Source: an uncultured Bdellovibrionales bacterium (GTDB taxonomy: Bacteria; Patescibacteriota; Minisyncoccia; Moranbacterales; GWC2-37-73). From it: DNA of 54,946 bases. This document shows, piece after piece, positions 7,793 to 17,906 of this stretch. Within the stretch, counting starts at the first letter, position 1. Every line of letters starts with the position of its first letter. Under the pieces are notes generated by a model. It was not told the DNA's origin and did not search any database. It saw only the letters and a list, made by a program, of their open reading frames with translations. The DNA is taken from NCBI GenBank assembly GCA_964609855.1, contig CAZSTB010000009.1, positions 1 to 54,946 of the forward strand. Reading direction: 5' to 3'. Made by a program: the position numbers and the translations under genes.

Positions 7793-7839
7793 ATTATAGA
7801 GCATATTTTTTAAAATGCAATGCAAAAAAGTTATCCACA
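7793..7839 (-). promoter_or_regulatory. Candidate sigma70 promoter of the H1-like gene with adjacent DnaA box
   Basis: Minus strand TTGCAT-16nt-TATAAT (7793-7820); exact TTATCCACA at 7831-7839 on plus. Confidence 0.45.
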
Positions 7840-8307
7840 ACCAGTAAAAAAGTTTAAGAATAAAATAATATTTTCTAAGTAGCTATTGATACCATTTTTA
7901 CTAGGTATAAATTATATTCAATATATATTATTATATAAATTAAGAACAAGAAGATTATGAAAAAAGTTCCAGCTATTTTTAAAAAAATAAAATTATGTAA
8001 AAAATTATATTCAAGAAAATTAATAACCAAGAAAATAAAAGATACTAACCCCGAAGCCGCAAGGTTTTAAACCTCTTGATGTCATCACTCGCGGGGAAAC
8101 GAAAATTCATTTTCGTTTTGCTCGACTTCGTTCGACAATAATTTTAAAAATTTCTCAAGCTGCAATATTTTTATTTAAATATCAAGTTCAATAGAAATAT
8201 TTTTTACTACTTTTGATTTTCGATTAACCCAAGAAAATTGTGCAAGTTTAAATATAAAAAAATATTTTTTAACCCTTATTAGGCCAATAAATTGAGGTTT
8301 TGTCTAG

Positions 8308-8336
8308 TTGACGCTGAAATATCGCTAAGTTACAAT
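8308..8336 (+). promoter_or_regulatory. sigma70 promoter for the 8466 gene
   Basis: TTGACG-17nt-TACAAT. Confidence 0.65.
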
Positions 8337-8465
8337 TAAATGACTAAAGGAAGAATTTGCAGCGACTCTCGCAGCAAAGCTTCAACGAAAGCGCCCTTTG
8401 AAATTAATTTACCTAATCTCGCATCTTGCATGTGAGACGAAACTAGAAAGGATGGTGACATCATC

Positions 8466-9074
8466 ATGGAAGAATACACACCAGAAACACAAGAGGACAA
8501 GTCTGAGGAACTTAAAAGATGGTTTCAAGATAACTTAAGAATCGTTGTGAGTATTGCAATTGTTTTCATTATTGCAGGAGGAATTTATTCATATTCAAAA
8601 CGTGGAGAAACTCTATCTGTAAACGACCAGGAAATCGAAAAAGTTTCCGGAAGCGAAGATTCAATTGAAATTGAAGCTGCAACAGACACTGATGAGCAAT
8701 CAGCTGAACCTGCTAAAAAAGAAACTGTTGAAAAAGCTGCTGATAAAGCAGTTACCGAAGCAGTGGCTAGCAAAGAAACTGATAACTCATTCGTAGAAAC
8801 TGCAACTAAAAACGACGGCTTGACTGTACTTGCTCGTAGAGCAACAGCTAATTATCTTGAAAAAAACCAAGACTCAGCATTGACCAAAGAACACAAGATT
8901 TACATTGAAGATTACCTAAGAAAGAACGTTAGCCAGAAAGGTGGTATCAAAGTTGGGACTTCAGTTGAATTCTCAAAAGATCTCATTCAGAAAGCTATCG
9001 AGAAATCTAAGACTCTAAATGAAAATCAACTTAAAAACCTTCAAAAATACTCTGCTCGCGTTTCGACTCTGTAA
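8466..9074 (+). CDS. Hypothetical single-TM protein with acidic linker and C-terminal domain
   Basis: TM IVVSIAIVFIIAGGIYSY; SD-like AGAAAGGA upstream; followed by terminator. Confidence 0.8.
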   Translation: MEEYTPETQEDKSEELKRWFQDNLRIVVSIAIVFIIAGGIYSYSKRGETLSVNDQEIEKVSGSEDSIEIEAATDTDEQSAEPAKKETVEKAADKAVTEAVASKETDNSFVETATKNDGLTVLARRATANYLEKNQDSALTKEHKIYIEDYLRKNVSQKGGIKVGTSVEFSKDLIQKAIEKSKTLNENQLKNLQKYSARVSTL

Positions 9075-9145
9075 TTTTGAAGTATTCTGAATTAAACATA
9101 AGTATACTTTTGTCCTTTCAGTCGCAAGATGGCTTTCATCCTGCG

Positions 9146-9180
9146 AACAAAAAGCTCCGTAAATACGGAGCTTTTTGTTT
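9146..9180. terminator. Bidirectional terminator
   Basis: AACAAAAAGCTCCGTA-aa-TACGGAGCTTTTTGTT between convergent genes. Confidence 0.85.
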
Positions 9181-9183
9181 TAC

Positions 9184-9621
9184 TCAAAACACTCTGTCGC
9201 CAATACGTAGACTGAGACGCTTGCAGCTTCCGGCATTGAGCTCCAAAACTTGGTCTGCGTTTTCCTGCGATTTAAGAACCCCCGAAAAATCCGCGGGAAT
9301 ATTTTCTTCCATGTGCACAATCTTTCCATCCTTGAGCCAAAGAATGTCCAATGGGAAAAGCATGTCTTTCATCCAAAAAGTATGCGTACCAGACTTTGTA
9401 AAAACAAACAACATGCCGCATTTTTCGCATATCCCCTTTCGCCCACCCAAGCCCTTTTGCAATTTACTGATACTTTCAACCACCTCCAAATTAATGGTTT
9501 CACCATTTAATGAGATATTTCTAATCCTGTTGCCATGCCGCGAAAAGTTGCTGAAATACGAAAAAATGGATGTGAGAAAAACTAAACAAATAAAACAATA
9601 AATTTTCTTTCTTAATTTCAT
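9184..9621 (-). CDS. DUF192 family protein
   Basis: KGLGGR, GMLFVF, FWMKDMLFPLDILWL, VLELNAG motifs. Confidence 0.9.
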   Translation of the reverse strand: MKLRKKIYCFICLVFLTSIFSYFSNFSRHGNRIRNISLNGETINLEVVESISKLQKGLGGRKGICEKCGMLFVFTKSGTHTFWMKDMLFPLDILWLKDGKIVHMEENIPADFSGVLKSQENADQVLELNAGSCKRLSLRIGDRVF

Positions 9622-9624
9622 CTT

Positions 9625-10650
9625 TTAAATTATATTACTTACACGCTTCCTTATATTGAATAAAAATGCGATACCTAGAATCAGAATTAGCAGTAAGGAA
9701 ATACTCTTCCCTACGGCTCTAGTGTTAAGAGCAATAAATGCTATCAAAATGGTGACCGAATAATAAAAAATACAGACTTGTTTTTGCGACCAACCCAAAT
9801 CAAGCAAGCGATAATGCAGGTGCCTCTTGTCAGCAGAAAAAATTGATTGTCGCGATTGCAGACGCTCCCCAATGACCCATAAAGCATCAATAATTGGCAC
9901 AGCTAGCACCAGGAGTGTTGTTGCTATTTTTGCGCCCGCATAGATAGCCAAGACCGCTAACGCAAACCCCATAAACATTGCGCCACTGGTGCCAGCTAAA
10001 ATTTTTGCGGGGTGAAAATTCAAAAACATGAAAGCTCCGATAGCTCCCATAAGGGAAGCCGTCACAATAGTAACTGGCGGTTGATTAACCTCTGGCCTGA
10101 AGCTTAAAATAAATATAGTCACCACACCGATAAGCGCAACACCACTGCTCACCCCATCAATCCCATCGAGCCAATTCATAGAATTCATCAGAAAAACCAC
10201 CCAAATGATAGCAAGCAAGCTTCCCATTATTTTCCAAATACCGGAATCCAGCAAAATTATTCCACCCAAGGGATTACTGACAAATTCCAGATTTACTCCA
10301 AAAATAACCGTCAGGGATACGATTAAGATTTGAAAAAAAAATTGCGCACCCCAACTCAACTGCTTAATATCGTCATATAAACCAAAAAGCAGGATACCAA
10401 TAGATCCTGCCATTACAGCCATCAAGGGAGTTGCGAGCACAAGCTTCTTATCTATACTCAGCGCAAGCAAGAAAGCCAAGATCATCGCTGCTCCCCCACT
10501 ACGAGAAATTCCTTTAGCATGAATGTGTCTACCCGATAAACGTCGATCATTTTTTTTAAATTTCAAATTTAAAAAAATAAATAGCACTAAGACTGCAAGC
10601 GAGCTCGCAAAAGATATTAAAAGTGGCAATAAATAGAGATCATACTGCAT
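9625..10650 (-). CDS. MraY/WecA-family undecaprenyl-phosphate sugar-1-phosphate transferase
   Basis: GLYDD, NSMNWLDGIDG, FLNFHPAKI, DKRHLHYRL; multi-TM. Confidence 0.9.
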   Translation of the reverse strand: MQYDLYLLPLLISFASSLAVLVLFIFLNLKFKKNDRRLSGRHIHAKGISRSGGAAMILAFLLALSIDKKLVLATPLMAVMAGSIGILLFGLYDDIKQLSWGAQFFFQILIVSLTVIFGVNLEFVSNPLGGIILLDSGIWKIMGSLLAIIWVVFLMNSMNWLDGIDGVSSGVALIGVVTIFILSFRPEVNQPPVTIVTASLMGAIGAFMFLNFHPAKILAGTSGAMFMGFALAVLAIYAGAKIATTLLVLAVPIIDALWVIGERLQSRQSIFSADKRHLHYRLLDLGWSQKQVCIFYYSVTILIAFIALNTRAVGKSISLLLILILGIAFLFNIRKRVSNII

Positions 10651-10693
10651 AGCTAATTAGCAATCTCGTGACACCCATGCAAGCATCAAGAAA

Positions 10694-12379
10694 CTATTTT
10701 TTACGAATCTTCTCTGTAACCCAAAATTCACCGAAGTATTGCTTAAATAAAATACGAGTTTGAGAGTCAATTGCTGGAATTGCACCGAGAGTAGGAGCAA
10801 TAATTGGGGCCAGAAACCATTGCAAGAACATATAAATGTAACGCTTTTTGCCATACTTTGCAGGACGAGGAGGTAGAAGCACGAAGCTTAGAAACATAGA
10901 GATTATGAGTCCGCCCATCGCCAAGGTCATCAGGTAACGTGTCACAAAAGGAAGATTATGCGCCAACACGCTCTCATTAAATTGCGGACCACCAAAAATC
11001 AATGGAAGCCATCCAAGGAGTGCCAAAATAAATGCGGATGTCGCCCAGGAATGATGACCCTCGAGCATTTCAAAAGCTATGCCCAATTTACGACTGGTTT
11101 TTATTTTCTTATCAGGCCAGATTGCTCGCATAATTACAGGGAAATTCTCAATGCCATACGCCCAACGCCTTTTTTGCTTGTACTGATTCTTGATAGTTTT
11201 CCAATATGTTTCAGCAAGCACGGCATCCAGAGAAACCGGCAAATAAATCGGCTTAACTTTATAGTCACCATTGTAGTATGTGAAACATTTCCAATAAATA
11301 ATTGAGTCTTCACTGATCATATCTAACGGCCAGAAGTTAACCTTAACCAGGGTATCAAAGGGTTCGCTGTGCGAGGAGAATGTCACCATCTCACTTCTGG
11401 TGCTTTGAAACATATGCCAAAATGAGGAACCAGTTACAATAACGCGTACGAATGCATTCGTATCCCAGAGATTATTATGGTACATCGGCAAAGGCTGATA
11501 AGAACGCTGGAGACGCTTCGGGTCCGTAATGTATGAATATGTTAAAGCTGAAAAATATTGAGGATGACAAACGCTGTCACAATCAAAATTTGAAAAAATC
11601 ACCCGCTTATAATCGATATCACGCTCATCCAAATAAACCATCAACTTCTTGGCGGCATAAGTTGCATTTGAAGCTTTACACTTCATTTCATTGTCTGAAA
11701 CTTCATGAGTGGTAACCAAGAAATCTTTGAATACTCCTTCAAATTTAGTTTTCAGATAGTTAACTTTCTCCAATCTATTCTCTTCATTTTCACGTTCTTC
11801 TGTTGCTAAAAGAATTACAATTTGCTGGTTTGGAAAATTACTATCCGCAATAGCCTGAATTGCGGGTTCAATAATTTCCGCTGGCTCATTTGCAGTTGGA
11901 AGTAAAACGACATGCAAAATTTTGCGCCAATCTACTATTTCAATTTCTTGTGCTGCAATTTCATTAACTTCCTGACTGAATTCTCCGAGTTTCTTAATTT
12001 CATATTTAACTTTCCCGCGGTTTCTCCAGGATTTAATTTGCGAAAGACTTTTCTGCATCTGATCTATTCTTTGCGATATGGTAGCAGAATACTCCTTTGG
12101 TTTTTCAATATTCTGACAACGCTCCCACCAATCAATTCGCTTGCCATGTTGAAAGCGATTATATGCCACGATTGAATAGTAAGTGATAAATATCGTTCGA
12201 AAAATCCAATATATATCGAACATGATAATAAAAACTGCAATCCAAATAGGAAGCACGAAAGACAGAACCACCATTCCAATCAAGGTAATCCACGTCAAAA
12301 TCCCTGGAATCATTTCCAGGGTTCTTTGTACTCGTCTTTCAGCCGGATCTGTTGTCTTAGGACTTGGAAAATCGAACAT
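10694..12379 (-). CDS. Membrane GT2-family glycosyltransferase
   Basis: LLPTANE, FDCD (DxD), ISED and QKRRWAYG (QxxRW) motifs; TM helices at both ends. Confidence 0.85.
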   Translation of the reverse strand: MFDFPSPKTTDPAERRVQRTLEMIPGILTWITLIGMVVLSFVLPIWIAVFIIMFDIYWIFRTIFITYYSIVAYNRFQHGKRIDWWERCQNIEKPKEYSATISQRIDQMQKSLSQIKSWRNRGKVKYEIKKLGEFSQEVNEIAAQEIEIVDWRKILHVVLLPTANEPAEIIEPAIQAIADSNFPNQQIVILLATEERENEENRLEKVNYLKTKFEGVFKDFLVTTHEVSDNEMKCKASNATYAAKKLMVYLDERDIDYKRVIFSNFDCDSVCHPQYFSALTYSYITDPKRLQRSYQPLPMYHNNLWDTNAFVRVIVTGSSFWHMFQSTRSEMVTFSSHSEPFDTLVKVNFWPLDMISEDSIIYWKCFTYYNGDYKVKPIYLPVSLDAVLAETYWKTIKNQYKQKRRWAYGIENFPVIMRAIWPDKKIKTSRKLGIAFEMLEGHHSWATSAFILALLGWLPLIFGGPQFNESVLAHNLPFVTRYLMTLAMGGLIISMFLSFVLLPPRPAKYGKKRYIYMFLQWFLAPIIAPTLGAIPAIDSQTRILFKQYFGEFWVTEKIRKK

Positions 12380-12449
12380 GCAATTAGTTTCACCTCGTGT
12401 CTGCCCAAGCTTACAAACTGGTCAGTTGTCGGTGATTTTGAATAGATTC

Positions 12450-12866
12450 TTAGTAGTTAATGATCAAAATACTTATAACAGCAATTGAAAGGCAGATCTG
12501 GACGATAAAGACTGCCAGCATCAATAAATGCGCTACAGTGCGCTCTTTTTGCTGATAAAACAGATATCCGAGCAGCGAGTTAACACTCAAAATCAACAGC
12601 CCAATTAACGGCAAGAAGTAAACCTGCCACCAGGAACCGATGATATCCACTCCGAAGTATACATTATAGTGAAGAATGATAGGAAAATCAACAGGTCTGA
12701 TATAAAAAATTATCAAACCCCAATTCAAAGCATTGAGTGCGAATGATGCAATAAGCATCCATTGAACAAGACCACTTCTGAAAAATTCCTTAGCAAAGAA
12801 TGCTTTGAGGAAAGATTCTGGCATCTTATCTGTTATTTTTAATATATTTTGTTTTGAATATTGCAT
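12450..12866 (-). CDS. Small 3-TM membrane protein
   Basis: IILHYNVYFGVDIIG loop between TM helices (DUF1648-like by recollection). Confidence 0.7.
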   Translation of the reverse strand: MQYSKQNILKITDKMPESFLKAFFAKEFFRSGLVQWMLIASFALNALNWGLIIFYIRPVDFPIILHYNVYFGVDIIGSWWQVYFLPLIGLLILSVNSLLGYLFYQQKERTVAHLLMLAVFIVQICLSIAVISILIINY

Positions 12867-12882
12867 GCAAGCGTGGCTATGA

Positions 12883-14064
12883 TTAAAAAAGTTCCAGCGG
12901 TTTTTCCAAAATTAGCGGTTCTATATTTTTTTCGCTATCCGTAATTTTGGCAACATCTTTATCAATTTTCCCGAATTCTCTGTAGGCGGCATTGTAATGA
13001 TTTATCGTGGTGCCGAGACTGTTTCCCATTTTTTTTAAATATTCCTCATAAACCAGCATGTGCTTACCAAGCTTCTCAACATTAATGCGTATCTCCTTGG
13101 CACTTTCTTCAATCTGAAAAGCTCTAAGTCCTTGTAGCACAGTTTGCAAATATGCCAAGAAAGAAGTTGGCGAAACTATAATAACTTTTTTTTCCTGAAA
13201 AGCGTACTCGATCAAATCCCTGGTATTAATCTGTGCGGCTCCGATTTTATTTACCAATAAATCATAATAAATCGCTTCCGAAGGAATGAACATAAAAGCA
13301 AAATCCATCGTACCTTTTTCGGGCCGAATGTACTTAGCTGTTTCATCAATTCTGTTCTTTAAATCTTGCTTGAAAATTTTCTCCCACCCCTCTCTTTCAA
13401 GTCCATCAGCTGAATTTAAAATCTTTTCATAATTCTCCAATGAGAACTTAGAATCGACAGGAATGATCTTATCCTTAACGAAGACTACCGCATCAACAAT
13501 GAGATCCTTGTCGGTTTTTTCACTTTTTCCAAGTGCATATTGCATCTGATAGGAATTTGGCGGCAAAACATTTTTCAATGTCTCCTCTAAAAAATACTCT
13601 CCAAGCACACCTCTTTGTTTTGGATTCTTTAAGATATCCTGTAAATTCTTGAGTTGCTCAGAAAAATTTACGACCTGACGATTGGTCTCATCCAGCTTGG
13701 TAAGCTTTTCAGTCACGCGAGTGATAAGCTGCGCTGATTGTCCAGAAATCCCCCGCACAGTTTCAATTGTATCTTTCATATGCTCATTGGCCGATCGGCG
13801 CGACTCAGTCAATTTTGTGTCTATTTCCGTACGCAGCTCATGATTTTGTTGACTGAGCATCCTGAGTCTTTCAAGAATTGCGGTCATCTTTTCTCTATCC
13901 TCCTTATTTTCAGAACTGAGTTGAATTTTTTGTTTCAAATCAAAAATAAGCCACAAAAGGCCGAGAAGCAGCATGATTGAAAAAAGGATAGCAATAGATG
14001 AAAACATAAAAAGGACATGTCTTTCTACAAAAAATATTGCCACTGCAATGATTTTCATTAGCAT
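12883..14064 (-). CDS. rmuC: DNA recombination protein RmuC
   Basis: NPKQRGVLGE, PVDSKFSL, DFAFMFIPSEAIY, IVSPTSF; start uncertain. Confidence 0.92.
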   Translation of the reverse strand: MLMKIIAVAIFFVERHVLFMFSSIAILFSIMLLLGLLWLIFDLKQKIQLSSENKEDREKMTAILERLRMLSQQNHELRTEIDTKLTESRRSANEHMKDTIETVRGISGQSAQLITRVTEKLTKLDETNRQVVNFSEQLKNLQDILKNPKQRGVLGEYFLEETLKNVLPPNSYQMQYALGKSEKTDKDLIVDAVVFVKDKIIPVDSKFSLENYEKILNSADGLEREGWEKIFKQDLKNRIDETAKYIRPEKGTMDFAFMFIPSEAIYYDLLVNKIGAAQINTRDLIEYAFQEKKVIIVSPTSFLAYLQTVLQGLRAFQIEESAKEIRINVEKLGKHMLVYEEYLKKMGNSLGTTINHYNAAYREFGKIDKDVAKITDSEKNIEPLILEKPLELF

Positions 14065-14095
14065 TTAATATTGTAAAAAGATGGTTGTTTTAAAA

Positions 14096-14701
14096 TTAAT
14101 ATTTTTTGCGCCCAAGAATGAAGCGTTTCAAGCCTGGAATCTTATCGATAATTTCTAAGTGTGTCCCCTCAATAAAATCAAGCAAAAAACGATCCAGCAT
14201 ATCCAAGCGATATTTGAATTCCTCATTAGTCATGAGCACGTAGCTGACCTCCTTACCGATTTCAGCTTCCAAACTATTCATAACGCTCTTGAGCTTTCCC
14301 CGACTGACATTATTTGCAACCAGAACGAGATCCACCTTGCTTTTTGCATAGTTAATAAAAATACCGCTAACAAGTGCGAGCTTAACATCGCCGATAGTGC
14401 TTAGCCGTGCCAGACTCTTGCATTGAGGTGAGGAAGTGGATTTAGCAAAAAGACTTTTAACTTCTTGAAAGAAATAAAATTCCTGATTTGCAATGTAGCA
14501 TTTGGAGCCTTTTTTTGTTTTCTCAATGATGAACTTGATTTTCTTTAGCTCATTAATCTCCTTTCTAACAGTTGCAGGAACCAACATATTTCTAGCCGCA
14601 ATCTCCGCAATCGTGAACTCGTGATCAAAGTTCAAAGAAAAAAATCTGAGGATTCGTGTTTTTGCTTTTGAGCCGAATAGGGATTCAAGAATTTCTGACA
14701 T
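14096..14701 (-). CDS. Winged-HTH plus nucleotidyltransferase-like protein
   Basis: N-terminal LFGSKAKTRILRFF...VRKEINEL HTH; C-terminal VSGIF...KVDLVLV NTase-like fold. Confidence 0.65.
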   Translation of the reverse strand: MSEILESLFGSKAKTRILRFFSLNFDHEFTIAEIAARNMLVPATVRKEINELKKIKFIIEKTKKGSKCYIANQEFYFFQEVKSLFAKSTSSPQCKSLARLSTIGDVKLALVSGIFINYAKSKVDLVLVANNVSRGKLKSVMNSLEAEIGKEVSYVLMTNEEFKYRLDMLDRFLLDFIEGTHLEIIDKIPGLKRFILGRKKY

Positions 14702-15095
14702 ACATTATGTTTATTAAAATTATATAAAGGCTTTTTCCGCGTTCAGCATTTGAAGTGAATCATTTCATAGCTAATATCATAGCTATTATACAGTTAACCA
14801 TCCAAAAAGTAAAACTCCAGCGCTTCACGCGAACTTTGATACCAACTTTTTAACGGATTTGAAAAATAGAAATTATGGATTGTGATTTTTTCGTATTTAA
14901 GATATTATAGATGAGTAATAAGTGATGATTTTTTGCTTTAATTTATCAAGGATCCAAACATGTCGAAGTTCGTCGCCAAACATTGAAAAAGAACTTTAGA
15001 AAATCTGGATTTTTGTGGTATAATTTGATTAAAGGATTTGATTTCTTTGAACTGTTCGATTTCATTCGCACGGCATACTAGAATGTAACAAATTC

Positions 15096-17822
15096 ATGTC
15101 CTTAAGAAATTCAGATAAAAACAAAGACGTGCTAAAAGCATTGGAAAATACAATTTCCCCTATTTTGGTTATAAATAACTCCACATTGAAACCGTATGTG
15201 GAACTTTTTAACTATGCGCCGGAAAATATCTATCAACAGCCACTTGGATCTTTGGTTGGTTTTTTTGAAATTAAAGAATATTCTCAAGACTCTGCTTATA
15301 TCGTAAACTTTCTAACGTCCGTTCTGAAGAAAGAATACTACATAAATCCCAAGCGCCCAGTAACTGAAAGTCTCGACAGCGCCTTGCACAAAGTAAATCT
15401 TGCACTTTCAGAGTTAGCTAAGCAAGGAAATGTTGAGTGGTTGGGAAAATTACACGCCTCTATCTGCGTGCTCGAAAAAAATAATGCTCACTTCAGTGTT
15501 GCAGGAAATGCCAAAATATTTCTACATAGAAATCAAACGCTCAGCGAAATCAGTGAAGATTTAGCATCAGATGCAATCGAATTGCATCCGCTCAAAACTT
15601 TTGTGAATGTTTCCAGTGGAAGAATGGAAGCAGGTGACCGTCTCCTAATAACCTCAGATGATATTTTTCACATTCTTTCAATCAACGAACTTAAAAAGAA
15701 TTTGCAACGACTTGAAGGAGAAAAGTTTGTACAATTCTTAAAAACAGCTCTCTCGAATCAACTTGAAATGATAGCATCATTGGTGCTGGAAATGTCGGAA
15801 GCTGAGAAATCAGTACCCACAAAAGCAATAGCGGACAATAAAGCCGCTCCACCAATCAATGTATTCAGTGAAGATGCATTTTCGAATGTGAATTCACAAA
15901 ATACAACTTCGCACGAACAAATTACCGAAAAGGAAAAGGGAGAAGTTGCCTACACTGATGAAAAAACCGGACACATCTACATTCAAGGAGAAGACCTTCC
16001 AATCAGCGAGGTTTCCAAAACCGCCCTGTTTATGGAAGCAGCTAAAGAAAAGGCAGCTGAAGTGTTATATCTAGCGAAAAAAGACCTCCGAAGACGTTTT
16101 ACTTTGTATAAAAAACAACGTGCGAAAGTAGCGGAACTTAGGCGCAGTGAAAAAGAACTTAGAGAAAAATTAGCACTGGAAGAAAAAGAAAAACTTTTAG
16201 CTGAAGCCGAGGCTGAAGAAAAAATAAGAATGGAGCAGCTTGCAATAGAAATGGAAGCGCAACTTGAACTTGAAAAAATTCAGGCTGCAGAGGAAAAAGA
16301 ACGACTACTGATTGAACAGCAGCAATTTGAATTACAGCTTGCTGAAGAAAAAAAGCAAATAGAAACGGCCAAGAAGACTCCGATTGTTGTTGACCTAAAA
16401 AACAACAAGGAAGCAAGCTCTCAGCGACCACTGACATTCAAGGAAAAATTAGCCTTGGCAGTGGTAGAAGACATGCCAACCATAGAAATTGAAGAAGCGG
16501 TAAAAACAAATATTGAAACGTCCAAATCTCCGTTTCAAATGAAGCTACAAAATGCTATTAAAGAACAGCAAAGAAATGCCGTAATAGATTTGCGCACCCC
16601 CAAGCAAGAGGCGGAAGAAGCTTCCATAACCAATGAAGAATATTTCCAACAGCCTGCGGAGTCTGAAGTCTCTGGAAAAGTTTCAGTAACTATCAGCAAC
16701 ACCAAACCACTGTCGCCTGCTGCGCTGAAGCTTGAAGAATTTAAGCTACTGACACAAAGCATAATCAAGCAGACAAATCTGCGTGCTCAAAATTTTGCAA
16801 AGCTGACTCGCAAAACTGCTCAGAAAAAACTCAAGGGGGATGGAGAGAGCGTTGAAAGTAAACATTTCACACCAAGATTCGATAAAATCCGCAGTTCATT
16901 CGCAGCTTTTTCTTCAAAACAAAAGAAATATGCCATTGCCGCGTTTATCATAATTTTTATCGTACCACTTTTCATTGTAAATTTAACTGAAAAACCTAAA
17001 CCGGTAGCTGCTCCAAAAACTGAAATCATTCCCCAGACGCTAGCGGAAAAATTAGCAGGCGAAAAGAACATCAAATTCAATTCAACAAAAAAATTACTCG
17101 TATCAGAATCGATAGTGGCAATTGTCATAGCTAATTCAGATGTTATAGCTATCACTCCCACTGGCACAAAAATTACCAATCGTGATCTTCAAAAAGAATA
17201 TACCCTACCCGAGGGTTCAGGGTCAGCAATTGATGCCACTTTTATGAGCGATCTCTCTTTGGTGCTAATCCTAACTGATAAAAATAAAGTTATTTCATTT
17301 AGTCCAACCTCGCTTAAATTTTCCGAAAATAATATCGTCCTAACCGGAAAACCCTCAGCTACTTTCATGGGAACATATCTTACGTATTTATATGTTTTAG
17401 ATCCTGAAAGTAATCAGATCTATCGCTATCCTCGCGCAGAAGGAGGATTTGGCGAAAAACTAGATTGGTACAAGGACAAAATTTCACTGAGCAAAGTAAC
17501 AGACATGACTATCGATGATAATATTTACTTAGTAGAAAACAATAAAATATTAAAATTCTTCAAGGGAACTTCCGTGCCTTTCACACTAGAAGAATCAAAA
17601 AATCCAGTTCAGCTTAAAAACATCTTCACCACCATGGAATTAACTTCAATATATGCTCTCGATAAAGAAAGTTCGCGAATAATGGAATATAGCAAAGATG
17701 GAAAAATAATCGCACAACATTTCAATGAGGCAGTTGAAAGTGCTGATTCGCTTGCCGTAGATGAAAAAAATCGAACCGCCTACATTATAACTAAAAAAGG
17801 CTTGATCGCGATCTCACTTTAA
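15096..17822 (+). CDS. Large bitopic protein: PP2C-like N-terminal domain, coiled coil, TM, C-terminal beta-propeller-like domain
   Basis: HFSVAGNAKIFLHR...GDRLLITSD (PP2C-like fold); E/K-rich coil; TM YAIAAFIIIFIVPLFIV; repeated LYVLD/IYLVE/IYALD strands. Confidence 0.65.
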   Translation: MSLRNSDKNKDVLKALENTISPILVINNSTLKPYVELFNYAPENIYQQPLGSLVGFFEIKEYSQDSAYIVNFLTSVLKKEYYINPKRPVTESLDSALHKVNLALSELAKQGNVEWLGKLHASICVLEKNNAHFSVAGNAKIFLHRNQTLSEISEDLASDAIELHPLKTFVNVSSGRMEAGDRLLITSDDIFHILSINELKKNLQRLEGEKFVQFLKTALSNQLEMIASLVLEMSEAEKSVPTKAIADNKAAPPINVFSEDAFSNVNSQNTTSHEQITEKEKGEVAYTDEKTGHIYIQGEDLPISEVSKTALFMEAAKEKAAEVLYLAKKDLRRRFTLYKKQRAKVAELRRSEKELREKLALEEKEKLLAEAEAEEKIRMEQLAIEMEAQLELEKIQAAEEKERLLIEQQQFELQLAEEKKQIETAKKTPIVVDLKNNKEASSQRPLTFKEKLALAVVEDMPTIEIEEAVKTNIETSKSPFQMKLQNAIKEQQRNAVIDLRTPKQEAEEASITNEEYFQQPAESEVSGKVSVTISNTKPLSPAALKLEEFKLLTQSIIKQTNLRAQNFAKLTRKTAQKKLKGDGESVESKHFTPRFDKIRSSFAAFSSKQKKYAIAAFIIIFIVPLFIVNLTEKPKPVAAPKTEIIPQTLAEKLAGEKNIKFNSTKKLLVSESIVAIVIANSDVIAITPTGTKITNRDLQKEYTLPEGSGSAIDATFMSDLSLVLILTDKNKVISFSPTSLKFSENNIVLTGKPSATFMGTYLTYLYVLDPESNQIYRYPRAEGGFGEKLDWYKDKISLSKVTDMTIDDNIYLVENNKILKFFKGTSVPFTLEESKNPVQLKNIFTTMELTSIYALDKESSRIMEYSKDGKIIAQHFNEAVESADSLAVDEKNRTAYIITKKGLIAISL

Positions 17823-17842
17823 AATAGCAGCCAAGATATCCG

Positions 17843-17864
17843 CCACACATATTGGTGTGGTTTT
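17843..17864 (+). terminator. Terminator after the 15096 gene
   Basis: GCCACAC-atattg-GTGTGGT followed by TTT. Confidence 0.6.
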
Positions 17865-17872
17865 AAAGCTTA

Positions 17873-17900
17873 TTGACATTCATTTACCTCCTGCTATATT
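17873..17900 (+). promoter_or_regulatory. sigma70 promoter pointing into the non-coding element
   Basis: TTGACA-16nt-TATATT with extended -10 TG; predicted +1 near G17907. Confidence 0.7.
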
Positions 17901-17906
17901 TAACCT

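Noticed and set aside
7720-8300. Possible oriC (very AT-rich, DnaA box at 7831)
   Set aside because: Only one perfect DnaA box seen, no box cluster and no dnaA/dnaN nearby; GC-skew analysis of the whole genome would be needed
9077-9601. 174-aa plus-strand ORF and similar shadow ORFs throughout the track (e.g. 3986-4468, 27592-28206, 36496-37053)
   Set aside because: Antisense or out-of-frame overlaps of well-supported genes, with no recognisable motifs
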